A stretch of 64,000 nucleotides of DNA from Gemmatimonadota bacterium (lineage in GTDB: Bacteria > Gemmatimonadota > Gemmatimonadetes > Palauibacterales > Palauibacteraceae). Each line of letters opens with the position of its first letter. Position 1 is the stretch's first letter. Both the position numbers and the translations under genes were made by a program. Below the pieces are notes generated by a model. It saw only the letters and a list, made by a program, of their open reading frames with translations. It was not told the DNA's origin and ran no database searches. Of the stretch, positions 1-9,631 are shown piece after piece. The stretch covers positions 1,536,001 through 1,600,000 of the forward strand of contig OY762926.1 of the NCBI GenBank assembly GCA_963666735.1, written 5' to 3'.

Positions 1-414
1 CGCCTCGGAGTGGCTCCGGCCCTCGGGATAGATCTGGATGGCGCCACCCGCGCGCAGCGCGTCGACCGCGGACCGAAACATCCGCTCGTTGCGGTGCGTC
101 GCCTCGGGATCGTCCTCCCTCCGGTAGACCGGTATCCCGCCCAGCGCGCGCAGCACCGGACCCAGAAGGACCCTGTCGAAGAGGGGCGCGCGACCCAGCG
201 GCCGCGTGATGCGGTCGCTGCAGCGGAAGATCAGCAGCGCGTCGACCAGGCTGTTGGGGTGGTTGGCCGCCACGATCAGCGGCCCTTCGGGGAGTGGAGG
301 CCCGTGCCGGTCGACGCGATAGAAGAGCGCGGCCGCGGTTCCGGTGATGCCGGCGAGCAGCCTCGGGGTCCGGTCCAGGTCTGCGCCTCGACCTCCGGTC
401 GCGGACCTCGGCAA
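1..414 (-). CDS. Lysophospholipid/glycerol-3-phosphate acyltransferase (PlsC-like), runs off window start
   Basis: Manual minus-strand translation: PLIVAANHPNSLVD (HX4D motif), GGIPVYRRED, IQIYPEG; TTG at 414 directly after the stop of the upstream gene. Not in the ORF track. Confidence 0.85.
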   Translation of the reverse strand, partial: MPRSATGGRGADLDRTPRLLAGITGTAAALFYRVDRHGPPLPEGPLIVAANHPNSLVDALLIFRCSDRITRPLGRAPLFDRVLLGPVLRALGGIPVYRREDDPEATHRNERMFRSAVDALRAGGAIQIYPEGRSHSEA

Positions 415-415
415 G

Positions 416-715
416 TTATCCCGGCTCCCGTCCCTGGCGGCTCGCGGCGCGGAGATAGCGCCGTCCCAGGCGAGCCATGCGCTCGTCACTCAGCCCCTCC
501 GCCTCCCGGATGAGATCCTCGATATGGGGAATCAGGGCGGGGGCGCCCCAGTCGTAGCCGGTCGCGTCCTCGGCGCTCCGCGTGTTCCCGATGTGGGCGC
601 CCTCGAGCAGGGCGCGCGCCGCGGCGGCGTCGAAGCGGGGCGACTCACGCGATGGGAGGCCGTACCGAGGCTCGGGTTCGTGAACGGCGTCTTCGTTGAC
701 GAATGCGCGTGACAT
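416..715 (-). CDS. Small hypothetical protein (99 aa); N-terminus MSRAFVNED resembles the start of some GreA/GreB-family proteins
   Basis: ATG-started ORF with protein-like composition, co-oriented with neighbours. Confidence 0.65.
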   Translation of the reverse strand: MSRAFVNEDAVHEPEPRYGLPSRESPRFDAAAARALLEGAHIGNTRSAEDATGYDWGAPALIPHIEDLIREAEGLSDERMARLGRRYLRAASRQGREPG

Positions 716-806
716 GACGTGTCGATGTGTGCCGGTCTGCCCTCGATCCGCACGTGCCGGCGCCCCGGGCCGACCCGGGCCAGGCCGGTCCGGTGCGGTC
801 AGCCCG

Positions 807-2375
807 TCAGTGGACGAGCGCCCCGGCCCGCGCCTGCACCGGCGGCTTGCCCCCGGTGCTCTTGATGTACGCGTAGGGGTCGTGTTCGATCGCGCCTTCG
901 GGAAGAAACTCCCACAGCGGTCCCAGATCGTGCTTCACGCGGTCGATGTAGAACTGCGGCAGTTCCTGCGTCTCCCCCTCGAAGTAATCCCGGAACTTCC
1001 GGTCCGACTTGAGCTTGTCGCGCACGGTCGTGTAGTACGCGATCCTCCCGTTCCCCTCCGACGAGAGGGCCCGCACCGCGTTCAGGAGTCTCGGGATCCC
1101 GCCCCGGTTGGCCCGGAGCCGACGCCAGACCGCCCGCTTCGAAAAGCTGTACTGCGTGAGGTCGATCACGCGGTCGTAGAACTCGATCCACTCGTAGTTC
1201 TTCGGCTTGAGGTTCATCGCGTGATTGTTGTTGAGGAAGTGGAACGGGAAGCCGAGCACGCGCCCTTCCTGCTGGTACTCGAGGTTCAGCGGCGCCGCCT
1301 CTCCGAACGACGTCAGCAGCGAGTAGCCGGGGAAGGCCGCGGGCGAGGCGTCGAGGAATCGCTTCGTCAGTTCGAACGGCTCGGGGCCTTCGTCGCAGTC
1401 CAGGCCCATGACGAAGTTGGTCTGCAGATATGGAATGTAACTGGTGATGAGATTCGAGTGTTCGGACACCTGCCGGACCTTCTCGATGCCGTGACGGTTC
1501 CGCGACTTCGACTTGTTCCCCAGCATGTACCACGACTCGATGCCGGGGAGCATCGCCCGGAACCCGGCCTTCGCGAGGCGCTTGAGCCGCGGCTCGGGCA
1601 GGAGCGAGAGGCTGCTCTCCGCGATGAACTCGATCGTCCCGGGGGCGACGGCCTCCTCGATAGCCCCCAGCACATCGTCGAATCGGACCCCGAAGTTGGG
1701 GTCGTGCCAGCCGACGATGGGTCGCTTCATCTTCTTCGCGAGAAAGCGGAGGTCGTCCCGCATCTCGTCGAAGTCGAGCGGCTGGTAGGGGATGACCGAA
1801 TCGATGCAGAAGCTGCACGTGTACGGGCACCCGAGGCTGCCGAGCATGGGGACGATCTTGAACAGCGGCGCCTTCTCGAGCGTCGCCTCGATGAACTTCC
1901 AGCGCGCGCGCACCCCGGGCAGCGAGACCGGCTGCGTCTCGGCGGTCACGTGGCGCCCCAGCGGGCGTTGTGGCCGGCAGTCGTCCAGGACCCCGTTCAG
2001 CACCGCCTTGTCCGTGAATCCGAACACGTAGTCGAAGTACTTCTGCGCATCCTGGGGATAGCACCGCGCGTGCGGACCGCCGATACAGGTGACGGCGCCC
2101 CGGCGGCGGAACATCTCGCTGATCGCGTAGGCGAGTTGGGCTCCCTGCGAGAACGCGCTCACGAAGAGCAGATCGATGTCCTGCGGGAGTTCCTCGACGA
2201 GGTCCTCGAAGCCGGTGTAGCAGACGAGGCTCACATCATGCCCGGCTTCCTCGCACCACGCGCCGAGAACCTGCGGCATGATGCTCGCGAGGTTCGCGTG
2301 CATCACCTTGGCGTACAGTGCCTTCGTGGGTCCCTTCGAGACGAGGTCCACGATACCTACGCGGAGCTTGCGCAA
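807..2375 (-). CDS. B12-binding domain radical SAM protein
   Basis: GCPYTCSFC (CxxxCxxC); N-terminal IGGPHA cobalamin-binding-like segment; GIES motif. Confidence 0.88.
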   Translation of the reverse strand: MRKLRVGIVDLVSKGPTKALYAKVMHANLASIMPQVLGAWCEEAGHDVSLVCYTGFEDLVEELPQDIDLLFVSAFSQGAQLAYAISEMFRRRGAVTCIGGPHARCYPQDAQKYFDYVFGFTDKAVLNGVLDDCRPQRPLGRHVTAETQPVSLPGVRARWKFIEATLEKAPLFKIVPMLGSLGCPYTCSFCIDSVIPYQPLDFDEMRDDLRFLAKKMKRPIVGWHDPNFGVRFDDVLGAIEEAVAPGTIEFIAESSLSLLPEPRLKRLAKAGFRAMLPGIESWYMLGNKSKSRNRHGIEKVRQVSEHSNLITSYIPYLQTNFVMGLDCDEGPEPFELTKRFLDASPAAFPGYSLLTSFGEAAPLNLEYQQEGRVLGFPFHFLNNNHAMNLKPKNYEWIEFYDRVIDLTQYSFSKRAVWRRLRANRGGIPRLLNAVRALSSEGNGRIAYYTTVRDKLKSDRKFRDYFEGETQELPQFYIDRVKHDLGPLWEFLPEGAIEHDPYAYIKSTGGKPPVQARAGALVH

Positions 2376-2493
2376 CGGCGATCCTCTCGGAATGGGTGCA
2401 CGCGCAGCCGGGTTAGCGCACCGCGGAATCGCATAACTTAGGTCTCCGCCGCGCCCGGCGGCAATCGGCTAGCGGGGTTCCTGTCACGGCCCG

Positions 2494-3072
2494 CTAGCAC
2501 GAATCCGCGTTGACGCGCGCGTATTCGCGCACGAACTCGTCCAGCATCCTGGCCACCAGGTTCGTGACGGGATCCCCTTCGCGTCCAAGATAGAAGCCGA
2601 TTCCCTGCTGCGGCGTTTCCCACGTCGGCGCCCAGTTCAGCCAGTCCGGCGCGGCGCCGGGGGAATCCGCCGGGAGGCGCCCGGCCTCTCCCGTCCGGGG
2701 GTCGCTCTGATGGTCGTAAAGGAGCTTCAGGAGACGCAAACGGATGACGTAGACCGTCACGACGGCGCTCGCGGAAAGGCTCTGTGCGCTAACGAAGACG
2801 GAAAGTTGGAGCGTGGAGGACCCGCCCGGCGCGCCGGCGGGAGCGAGGATGCCGGCCGCCTGCAGCCGACTCGTCGCCATGCTCTCCACGGAGGGGGTCG
2901 TGATGCCGGGCGGGCCGCCGGTGTTGGTGACGAAGACCTCCACCGGAATGGGGCGGCAGGCGGTAAACAGGGCAAACCGGTCCCGGTTCGAGGGAGATCC
3001 CTGGGCGGCCGCTTCGGCAGGCGCCCACAGACCGAAGACGACGGCTGCAGGGAGCAGCTTCCGGGAAATCAC
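2494..3072 (-). CDS. Secreted hypothetical protein
   Basis: GTG at 3072 gives signal peptide ISRKLLPAAVVFGLWAPAEAAAQ; the upstream part of the track ORF is antisense to a real gene. Confidence 0.65.
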   Translation of the reverse strand: MISRKLLPAAVVFGLWAPAEAAAQGSPSNRDRFALFTACRPIPVEVFVTNTGGPPGITTPSVESMATSRLQAAGILAPAGAPGGSSTLQLSVFVSAQSLSASAVVTVYVIRLRLLKLLYDHQSDPRTGEAGRLPADSPGAAPDWLNWAPTWETPQQGIGFYLGREGDPVTNLVARMLDEFVREYARVNADSC

Positions 3073-3255
3073 GAACGATTCACGATCGAGGGAGTATCCT
3101 TGCCCGACGAGTCGCCAACCATCTACGAATGGACAACCTGATCCCGCGGGTTCCCTTTGCGCCAGCTTCGCCGCAGAATCTCGGCGCCGGACTCCACCCG
3201 GGATTATGCCCGGGATTTTGCGCCGGATCCGCCCCAAACGCCGAGGAGACTTCAG

Positions 3256-3696
3256 ATGACCGCTTCCGCCGATCGACGCTGCCGCGTCCGGAGAGTGATC
3301 CCCGCGCCTCGCGAGGCGGTGTTCCGGGCCTGGACCGAACCGGACCGGATCCGGCAGTGGTCCTGCCCTCCGGGCGCGACGATCCGTGAATCGGAGGTCG
3401 ATCTTGTGCCCGGCGGGGCCTACCGCCTTCTCATCGAGGCGGAAGCGGGAACGCTTCATACGGCGTTCGGAGTGTACCGCGAGATCGCCTCTCCGGGCCG
3501 GCTCGTGTATACCTGGGACTGGGAAGAGCCGGAAGCCGCGGTCGGCGAGACGCTCGTCACGGTCGAGTTCCGGGACGACGGAGCGTCGACCGAAGTCATC
3601 GTCGCGCATGAAGGCTTCCCCGCCGCCGAGGCCGCCGAGGGACACCGCCTCGGGTGGACGTGGTCGCTGGAGCGCCTCGAGGATCTCTTCCGCTGA
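3256..3696 (+). CDS. SRPBCC/AHSA1-like (START fold) domain protein
   Basis: RVIPAPREAVFRAWTEP...DLVPGGAY...RLVYTWDW...GWTWSLERL; GAGGAG RBS before ATG 3256. Confidence 0.88.
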   Translation: MTASADRRCRVRRVIPAPREAVFRAWTEPDRIRQWSCPPGATIRESEVDLVPGGAYRLLIEAEAGTLHTAFGVYREIASPGRLVYTWDWEEPEAAVGETLVTVEFRDDGASTEVIVAHEGFPAAEAAEGHRLGWTWSLERLEDLFR

Positions 3697-5201
3697 CCGC
3701 CTCCACGGACCCTTCCCCCCGCCGGATCTTCGCCTTCTGGGCTCCGCTGGCCGCCACATGGTTGATGATGGCCGTCGAGGGACCCTACCTGGCGGCGGTC
3801 GTGGCGCGGCTGCCGGAGCCCACGCTGGGGCTGGCGGCGTACGGCGTCGCGATCGCACTCGCGGTGCTGGTGGAGGCGCCGGTTATCATGCTGCTGAGCG
3901 CCTCCACGGCCCTTGTGGAGGACGCCGTCTCCTACCGTCGGCTGCGGACGTTCGCGCACGGGCTGAACGCCTTCTCCACGCTGATGCTGCTCGCCGTGCT
4001 CGTGCCGCCGGTGCACCGCGGACTCATGCTGGGGGTGCTCGGGCTTCCCGAGGACCTCGCGAACCTGACGTACGGGGCGCTGTGGTGCTTCCTGCCCTGG
4101 CCGGCGGCCATCGGCTACCGGCGCTTCTGGCAGGGCGTGCTCATCCGCTCCGGGCGAACGCGGCTCGTGGCGGGGGGGACGATCGTGCGGCTCGTCTCGA
4201 TGTCGGTGGCCGCGCTCGCCCTCGCCCTCGCCACGGATCTCCCCGGCGCCGCCGTCGGGGCCTCCGCGCTCTCGTTCGGCGTGGTGATGGAGGCGGCGGT
4301 GGCGCGCTGGATGGCCCGGGACGCCATCGGCGCCCTGCTCGTGCCCGCCGGCCGGCCGGCGGAGGCGGCGGACGCGGCGGACCCGGCAGACCCGGTGACG
4401 GTCTCGGCGGACCCCCACGACATCGCGGAGATCGGCCGCGTGGGCGTCTCGACCGCCGATCCGGAGTCCGGCGCGGGGACCGAAGGCGGCGAACTGCGCT
4501 TCGGCGAAATCGGACGCTTCTACGTTCCCCTGATGCTCACGTCGCTGATCGGGATCGCGATCCAGCCGATGCTCACCTTCTTCATGGGTCGCGCCGCGTC
4601 GCCGGTCGAGTCGCTCGCCGTGTTCCCGGTCGTACACTCGCTCGGGTTCATCTTCCGCTCCGTGGGTCTCAGCTTCCAGGATGCGGTCATCGCCCTCCTG
4701 GGCCGAAGAGACGAGGGCTACGAGGCGATCCGTCGCTTCGCGCTCGGCCTCGGCGCGACGCTGTCCGGCATCCTCGCGCTCCTCGCGTTCACGCCCCTCT
4801 CTCACCTCTGGTTCGTCCACGTGTCCGGCCTCACGCCCGAACTCGCCTCCTTCGCGATTCCGGCCGCGCGGGTGCTGACTCCGGTCCCCTTCCTCGGCGT
4901 CCTCCTCTCGTTGCAGCGGGGCACGCTGATCCGGCACCGGACAACGGGTCCGATCATCATCGGGACCGCGGCGGAGATCTCGGCCGTGGCCATCGTCTTC
5001 GTCGCGGTCGGCTGGGGGCTGGGCTGGGTCGGCGCGACCGCCGCCTTCACCGGCTTCCTGGTGGGCCGTCTGATGGCCAATATCTACCTGACGCCCAAGG
5101 TGCGGGCAGCGAGGCGGAAAGCGGCCGGCGCCGGGACGGACGGAAAGTCCGGGACACCCCGGGAATCAACGGATTCGCGGCATCGGGGGTCATCTGAATA
5201 G
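3693..5201 (+). CDS. MATE/MOP-superfamily (ANKH-like) multi-pass membrane transporter
   Basis: Two repeated hydrophobic halves (FWAPLAATWLMMAVEGP / FYVPLMLTSLIGIAIQP); start uncertain (CTG overlapping the previous stop). Confidence 0.7.
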   Translation: MTASTDPSPRRIFAFWAPLAATWLMMAVEGPYLAAVVARLPEPTLGLAAYGVAIALAVLVEAPVIMLLSASTALVEDAVSYRRLRTFAHGLNAFSTLMLLAVLVPPVHRGLMLGVLGLPEDLANLTYGALWCFLPWPAAIGYRRFWQGVLIRSGRTRLVAGGTIVRLVSMSVAALALALATDLPGAAVGASALSFGVVMEAAVARWMARDAIGALLVPAGRPAEAADAADPADPVTVSADPHDIAEIGRVGVSTADPESGAGTEGGELRFGEIGRFYVPLMLTSLIGIAIQPMLTFFMGRAASPVESLAVFPVVHSLGFIFRSVGLSFQDAVIALLGRRDEGYEAIRRFALGLGATLSGILALLAFTPLSHLWFVHVSGLTPELASFAIPAARVLTPVPFLGVLLSLQRGTLIRHRTTGPIIIGTAAEISAVAIVFVAVGWGLGWVGATAAFTGFLVGRLMANIYLTPKVRAARRKAAGAGTDGKSGTPRESTDSRHRGSSE

Positions 5202-5280
5202 CGTGCGCGGCCGGCTGGACGCGAGGGGTCGGCGGCTTCCGGTGACGGTGCTCGGTGACAGTGCTCCAGGAGGTACGGAA

Positions 5281-6324
5281 ATGATCCATCGAATTCAGGC
5301 CGCGACGCTGGCGGCGGCGGCGACCTTCGTCGGCTCCGCGGAGGCGGCGGCGCAGGACCATACCGCGACGACGGATGTTCTCACCATCGAAGAATGGACG
5401 GTGCCCTACCCGGAGAGCCGTCCGCGCGACCCGTTCGTCGGACCCGACGGCCGCGTCTGGTTCGTGGGACAGACCGCGCACTACGCCGCCGTGCTGGACC
5501 CGGCCAGCGGCGAGTTCAAGCGCTACGACATGGACGACGGCACGGGGCCCCACAACCTGATCGTCGACGACGACGGGATGGTCTACTACGCCGGCAACCG
5601 GGCGAACCACATCGGGATCATCGACCCCGCCACGGGCGAGATCGACAAGATCATGATGCCGGACGAGCGGGCGAGGGATCCGCACACACTGATCTGGGAC
5701 GAGAACGGAGACATCTGGTTCTCGGTGCAGGGCGGGAACCTGATCGGCTTCCTCGACAAGGAGTCGAGAGAGGTGCGGCTGGTGGAGGCGCCCGAGGTCG
5801 AGACCCGCCGCGGCATGGGTTCGAGCCGTCCGTACGGGGTCAAGCTGGATTCCGAGAACCGACCCTGGATCGCGCACTTCAACACGAACCTGATCGGGAT
5901 GGTGGAGCCGTCCTCGTTCGAACTCATCGGCTACGACCTGCCCGAGGGCGCGCGGCCGCGCCGCCTGGTCATCGACTCGCAGGACCGGATCTGGTACGTG
6001 GACTACAGCCGGGGGAAGATCGGTCTCGTCGTCGAGGGTGGCGGATTCCAGCGGGAATACGACCTGCCGGCGGGCGAGGAGTCGCGGCCGTACGGCGTGG
6101 CGATCGACAAGTACGATGTCGTGTGGCTCGTCGAGACGGGAATCCAGCCGAACCGGTTCGTCGGCTTCGACACGGACTCGGAGGAGTTCGTGGGCACGCT
6201 CGACGTGCCGAGCGGGGGCGGCACGATCCGGCACATGTACTACGATCCGGCCACCGACTCGATCTGGTTCGGGGCGGACGTGAACACGGTCGGGCGGGCG
6301 GTGGTGTCGCCGCGCTCGCGCTGA
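5281..6324 (+). CDS. Secreted virginiamycin B lyase (Vgb)-like beta-propeller protein
   Basis: Signal peptide; repeated P(H/Y/R)-x-L/V...D-G-x-V/I-W blades; AGGAGG RBS. Confidence 0.82.
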   Translation: MIHRIQAATLAAAATFVGSAEAAAQDHTATTDVLTIEEWTVPYPESRPRDPFVGPDGRVWFVGQTAHYAAVLDPASGEFKRYDMDDGTGPHNLIVDDDGMVYYAGNRANHIGIIDPATGEIDKIMMPDERARDPHTLIWDENGDIWFSVQGGNLIGFLDKESREVRLVEAPEVETRRGMGSSRPYGVKLDSENRPWIAHFNTNLIGMVEPSSFELIGYDLPEGARPRRLVIDSQDRIWYVDYSRGKIGLVVEGGGFQREYDLPAGEESRPYGVAIDKYDVVWLVETGIQPNRFVGFDTDSEEFVGTLDVPSGGGTIRHMYYDPATDSIWFGADVNTVGRAVVSPRSR

Positions 6325-6956
6325 TGTCCCTTCCGGGGTCCGCGGCCGCTCTCTGCGCCGCGGGCCTCTTCTCGCTGGTCACGGCGGCCGCGGTCTCCTC
6401 GGGGGACTCCGACGCCGGACCGCGCTCCCCGCCGCACTCCGAGGGGCCGCCGCCCGGCCACACGGGGGGCTTCGGTGAACCGACCTGTGCCGCCTGTCAC
6501 TTCGGGGCGCCGCTCAACCAACCGGGGGCCACGCTGGAAGTGATCGGACTCGACGCCAGCTATCGTCCGGGGCAGCGCCACCCGGTGACGATCCGCTTCG
6601 AGAGTTTCGACATGCTCGCGGCCGGCTTCCAAGGGTCGTTCCGCTTCAAGAACGGGGATCAGCGCGGCGCCGGGGCCGGTCAGGTCCGGCCGCTCGACGA
6701 CCGGGTCACCGTCGTCCCCGGGGGGGACGGGGGCCCGGAATACGTGCAGCACACACGCGCCGGTTCCGCGCCTGCGGACGGCGCCGCGGAGTGGACCTTC
6801 GAGTGGCGGGCTCCCGACGCGGAGGCACCGGTCGTCTTCCACCTCGCCGCCAACTCGGGGGGTGGGGACGACTCCCCGCTCGACGACCTCGTCTACACCC
6901 TCTCCGTCACGCTGACTCCGGTGGCTGGATCAGCATCGAAACGCCAGTCGCGTTAG
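6324..6956 (+). CDS. Secreted Reeler-like (choice-of-anchor V type) protein with CxxCH motif
   Basis: Signal peptide, GHTGGFGEPTCAACH, WTFEWRAP, FHLAANS; ATG overlaps previous TGA. Confidence 0.7.
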   Translation: MSLPGSAAALCAAGLFSLVTAAAVSSGDSDAGPRSPPHSEGPPPGHTGGFGEPTCAACHFGAPLNQPGATLEVIGLDASYRPGQRHPVTIRFESFDMLAAGFQGSFRFKNGDQRGAGAGQVRPLDDRVTVVPGGDGGPEYVQHTRAGSAPADGAAEWTFEWRAPDAEAPVVFHLAANSGGGDDSPLDDLVYTLSVTLTPVAGSASKRQSR

Positions 6957-6986
6957 GTTGGCGGCAGGGATCGTGCGCCGCCGCAG

Positions 6987-7018
6987 TCCGATTCAGGTCG
7001 GATCCGACCTGAATCGGA
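6987..7018. repeat. Perfect 32-bp palindrome TCCGATTCAGGTCGGA/TCCGACCTGAATCGGA
   Basis: Read directly; 16-bp arms with no spacer. Confidence 0.95.
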
Positions 7019-7043
7019 GCAACGAGGGCTCCTCAAGACGACC

Positions 7044-8546
7044 ATGGGCAGTCACGAGAGCGACTATCTTCGGCTAACGGCCGAGAACTTCGGACCCATC
7101 GCCGCGGCCGACGTGGAAATGCGTCCGCTCACCGTCTTCGTGGGTCCGAGCGGCTCGGGCAAATCCTACCTTGCCAAACTCATCTATGCCCTTCACCAGA
7201 CCTTCGGATGGCACCGTAGCTTCCGTGGCCGTCGGTGGAAGAGAGTTGATTTTCTTGACCGAACGAAGACTCCGATAGATTTGGATGCGGTGGCTGAGTG
7301 GTTGGAGGAATACCTCGCAGTTGACGTGACGGACGATGAACTCACGCCTCCCGAAGATGTCGTCGTTCTGGCAAGAGAGGCGCTCAAGCTACCAGATGTG
7401 GGACAGTTGGTAGCCGCACAACTGCGGCTGGTTTTCGGTGCCGAGACTCTTGGCGACTTCATCCTGACGTCTCGACCCGCAGGAGAGTTTGCCTTCGAGC
7501 ATAGCCCGGCCGATACCACACGACAGCCGGTACAGTTTCGCTATGACTTCACGATAAGACCGGACCAACTCATTGCTGATATCACGACCGACGACGATGC
7601 GCCCATTCGCTTGGATCGCAGCAAGTATGTTTGGCGAGTCTCGCCTGGTCGCCGTCTCTTCCACCACTGGCCGGATGCACCGCCCGATCCCTCGCGGATC
7701 AACCGCTGGCGGCTAAAGACCGTGCTCGCCGATCTTGCCGAGGCCCACGCCGTTGGACCACTCTCGCGCCCGGCCCACTATCTGCCCGCAGGACGCTCCG
7801 GCGGTCTGGAGGTGCAGCAGGTGGCCATGGGCTCGGCGCTCGACCGGCTGACTGCCGACGGGCAGCGTGCATCGTCGACGAATCCTCTATCGGGCGTATT
7901 GAGAGACTATCTGGCTGCAACATCGATCGACCTCCGTACCAAACCTTCGAGTTGGAGCGGGGGCAAGGTCCTTGCGAACCAGATCGAAGAGTCCATGCTA
8001 GGGGGGGCGGTGCGGGTCGAGGAAACGGAGAACGGCGTGCCGTCGGTGCCGTTTCGCCCGGCTGCGTGGAAGCGTGATCTCCCGCTTGCACGGGCATCGT
8101 CCATGATCAACGAGATGATTCCGGTCGTGCTCTATCTTCGCCATCACGTGAGTCCTGGCTCGACGTTGATCATCGAGGAACCGGAGGCCCACATGCACCC
8201 GGCAATGCAGGTTCGGCTCGCTGCCGAACTTGCGCGCCTTGTCTCCGCCGGCATCCGAGTGATAGTCACCGTGCACAGCGACTGGATTCTCTCGGCGCTG
8301 GCGAATATCTGCCGCATGGCTGAACTCCCTGAGGACGACCGCCGCGACATGGCCGGCGGTGACGTCAAGCTTCCCGCTAGCCAAGTGGGCGTGTGGGAGT
8401 TTCTTCCGAACGAGAATGGAGAAACCGAGACACGGGAGATCGTGCTTGACTCGGACAACGGGATGTACGACGCCGGATATCCCCGGGTCGCACAAGCGTT
8501 GTATGACGATTGGGCCACGATCCACAGCCGCTTGCAGGAGGATTGA
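7044..8546 (+). CDS. ABC-type AAA ATPase (AAA_15/AAA_21-like, defence/TA-associated)
   Basis: ENFGPI, Walker A GPSGSGKS, degenerate signature ASSM, Walker B/D-loop IIEEPEAHMHP, H-loop TVHSD; less GC-biased than flanks. Confidence 0.85.
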   Translation: MGSHESDYLRLTAENFGPIAAADVEMRPLTVFVGPSGSGKSYLAKLIYALHQTFGWHRSFRGRRWKRVDFLDRTKTPIDLDAVAEWLEEYLAVDVTDDELTPPEDVVVLAREALKLPDVGQLVAAQLRLVFGAETLGDFILTSRPAGEFAFEHSPADTTRQPVQFRYDFTIRPDQLIADITTDDDAPIRLDRSKYVWRVSPGRRLFHHWPDAPPDPSRINRWRLKTVLADLAEAHAVGPLSRPAHYLPAGRSGGLEVQQVAMGSALDRLTADGQRASSTNPLSGVLRDYLAATSIDLRTKPSSWSGGKVLANQIEESMLGGAVRVEETENGVPSVPFRPAAWKRDLPLARASSMINEMIPVVLYLRHHVSPGSTLIIEEPEAHMHPAMQVRLAAELARLVSAGIRVIVTVHSDWILSALANICRMAELPEDDRRDMAGGDVKLPASQVGVWEFLPNENGETETREIVLDSDNGMYDAGYPRVAQALYDDWATIHSRLQED

Positions 8547-8549
8547 CGG

Positions 8550-9058
8550 CTGCCGGGCTGGATAGCAGACGTCCGGCAAAACCTCCCGACAGGGTGCGTG
8601 ACGGAATCCTGCCAGGACGAGGGCTGCGCGCTCCAAGTCGCTCAGCTGCCTCAAGAACGATGCCTGACGCGAGTGGACCACTGCGACCAACTCGCTCCCG
8701 CGGATCGCAAGCGTTGCGACTTCCTCCTTCTCGTCGAGTCGCGAAGCCGCAAGGGACACTGGGTGGCTCCCATCAAGTTGAAGGGCGGCACCGTGAAGAG
8801 GGCGGCACCGTGAAGAAGGACGACCTCGACGGAATCCGCCGACAGCTTCAGACCGGCGCATGCGTCGCGGCTCGCGTGGTCATGTCCTCTGACGCTCCGC
8901 CCGCTCGGTTACGTCCAATCCTCGGTCACGGGAAGGCATTGCCGGCGTTGGTGGGCCGACTCCTGACTACACGCGATTATCACGTGACGCTCGGCGGAAG
9001 GCGGGAGATCATTCGAACCCTGGAGTGTGGCGACAAAGTTGCGGACGTGCTGAAGTAG
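8550..9058 (+). pseudogene. Small PD-(D/E)xK-like partner of the ATPase, frameshifted by a 17-bp tandem duplication
   Basis: AGGGCGGCACCGTGAAG at 8782-8798 and 8799-8815; removing one copy joins KRCDFLLL...PIKLKGGTVK to KDDLDGIRRQLQ...ADVLK; start uncertain. Confidence 0.7.
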
Positions 9059-9063
9059 GAACC

Positions 9064-9085
9064 CGACGTTCCCGCCGGAACGTCG
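9064..9085. terminator. Hairpin between convergent genes, possible bidirectional terminator
   Basis: CGACGTTCC-CGCC-GGAACGTCG; no strong U tract. Confidence 0.45.
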
Positions 9086-9093
9086 TTCGCCTC

Positions 9094-9591
9094 TCACTCC
9101 GGACGGAGCCCCTTGGGGCGCCAGAAGCCGATCAGGCGGCCGCGCCGGGCCGAACCCAGTTCCGTCCAGTCGTCGATGTCCAGTTCCACCGCGGCGAGGG
9201 CGGCGGTCGGCATGTGCTCGCCGTCGCCCGTCAGGTGCCAGACGAGCGCGGTGATGCCGGGATTGTGTCCGACGACCATGAGGCGCGCCTCCGCTCCCCC
9301 CATCGCCTCCACGACATCCAGGTAGTTGTCGGGAGACGCGAGATAGAGATCGCTCGTCGGCTCGATTTCCACCTCTCGATCGAACTCTTCGGCGGCGAGT
9401 TCCGCGGTGGATCGCGCGCGGACGGCGGTCGAACTCACGATGCGCTCGGGCACGAGGTCCCGTTCGACCAGAAACCGGCCCATCCGGGGCGCGTCGCGGC
9501 GGCCGCGGGGATTGAGGGGCCGGTCGTGGTCGCGGAGCCCGGGATGGTCCCAGGACGACTTCGCGTGCCGGAGGATGAGCAGAATCTTCAC
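9094..9591 (-). CDS. sixA: Phosphohistidine phosphatase SixA
   Basis: LRHAKSSW...DHDRPLNPRG, SSTAVRA, VGHNPG. Confidence 0.9.
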   Translation of the reverse strand: MKILLILRHAKSSWDHPGLRDHDRPLNPRGRRDAPRMGRFLVERDLVPERIVSSTAVRARSTAELAAEEFDREVEIEPTSDLYLASPDNYLDVVEAMGGAEARLMVVGHNPGITALVWHLTGDGEHMPTAALAAVELDIDDWTELGSARRGRLIGFWRPKGLRPE

Positions 9592-9631
9592 GCGGTCACC
9601 AGCCTCCCGAACGTCACGAGCGTCACCAGCG

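Noticed and set aside
5281..6324. Bona fide streptogramin B resistance gene vgb
   Set aside because: Only fold-level resemblance; it has a signal peptide and lies in a non-mobile context
8544..8546. TGA read-through or selenocysteine fusing the ATPase to its in-frame partner (likewise groES TGA at 39253)
   Set aside because: No SECIS-like evidence; the upstream proteins look complete, and for the ATPase partner a GGAGGA RBS supports a separate start
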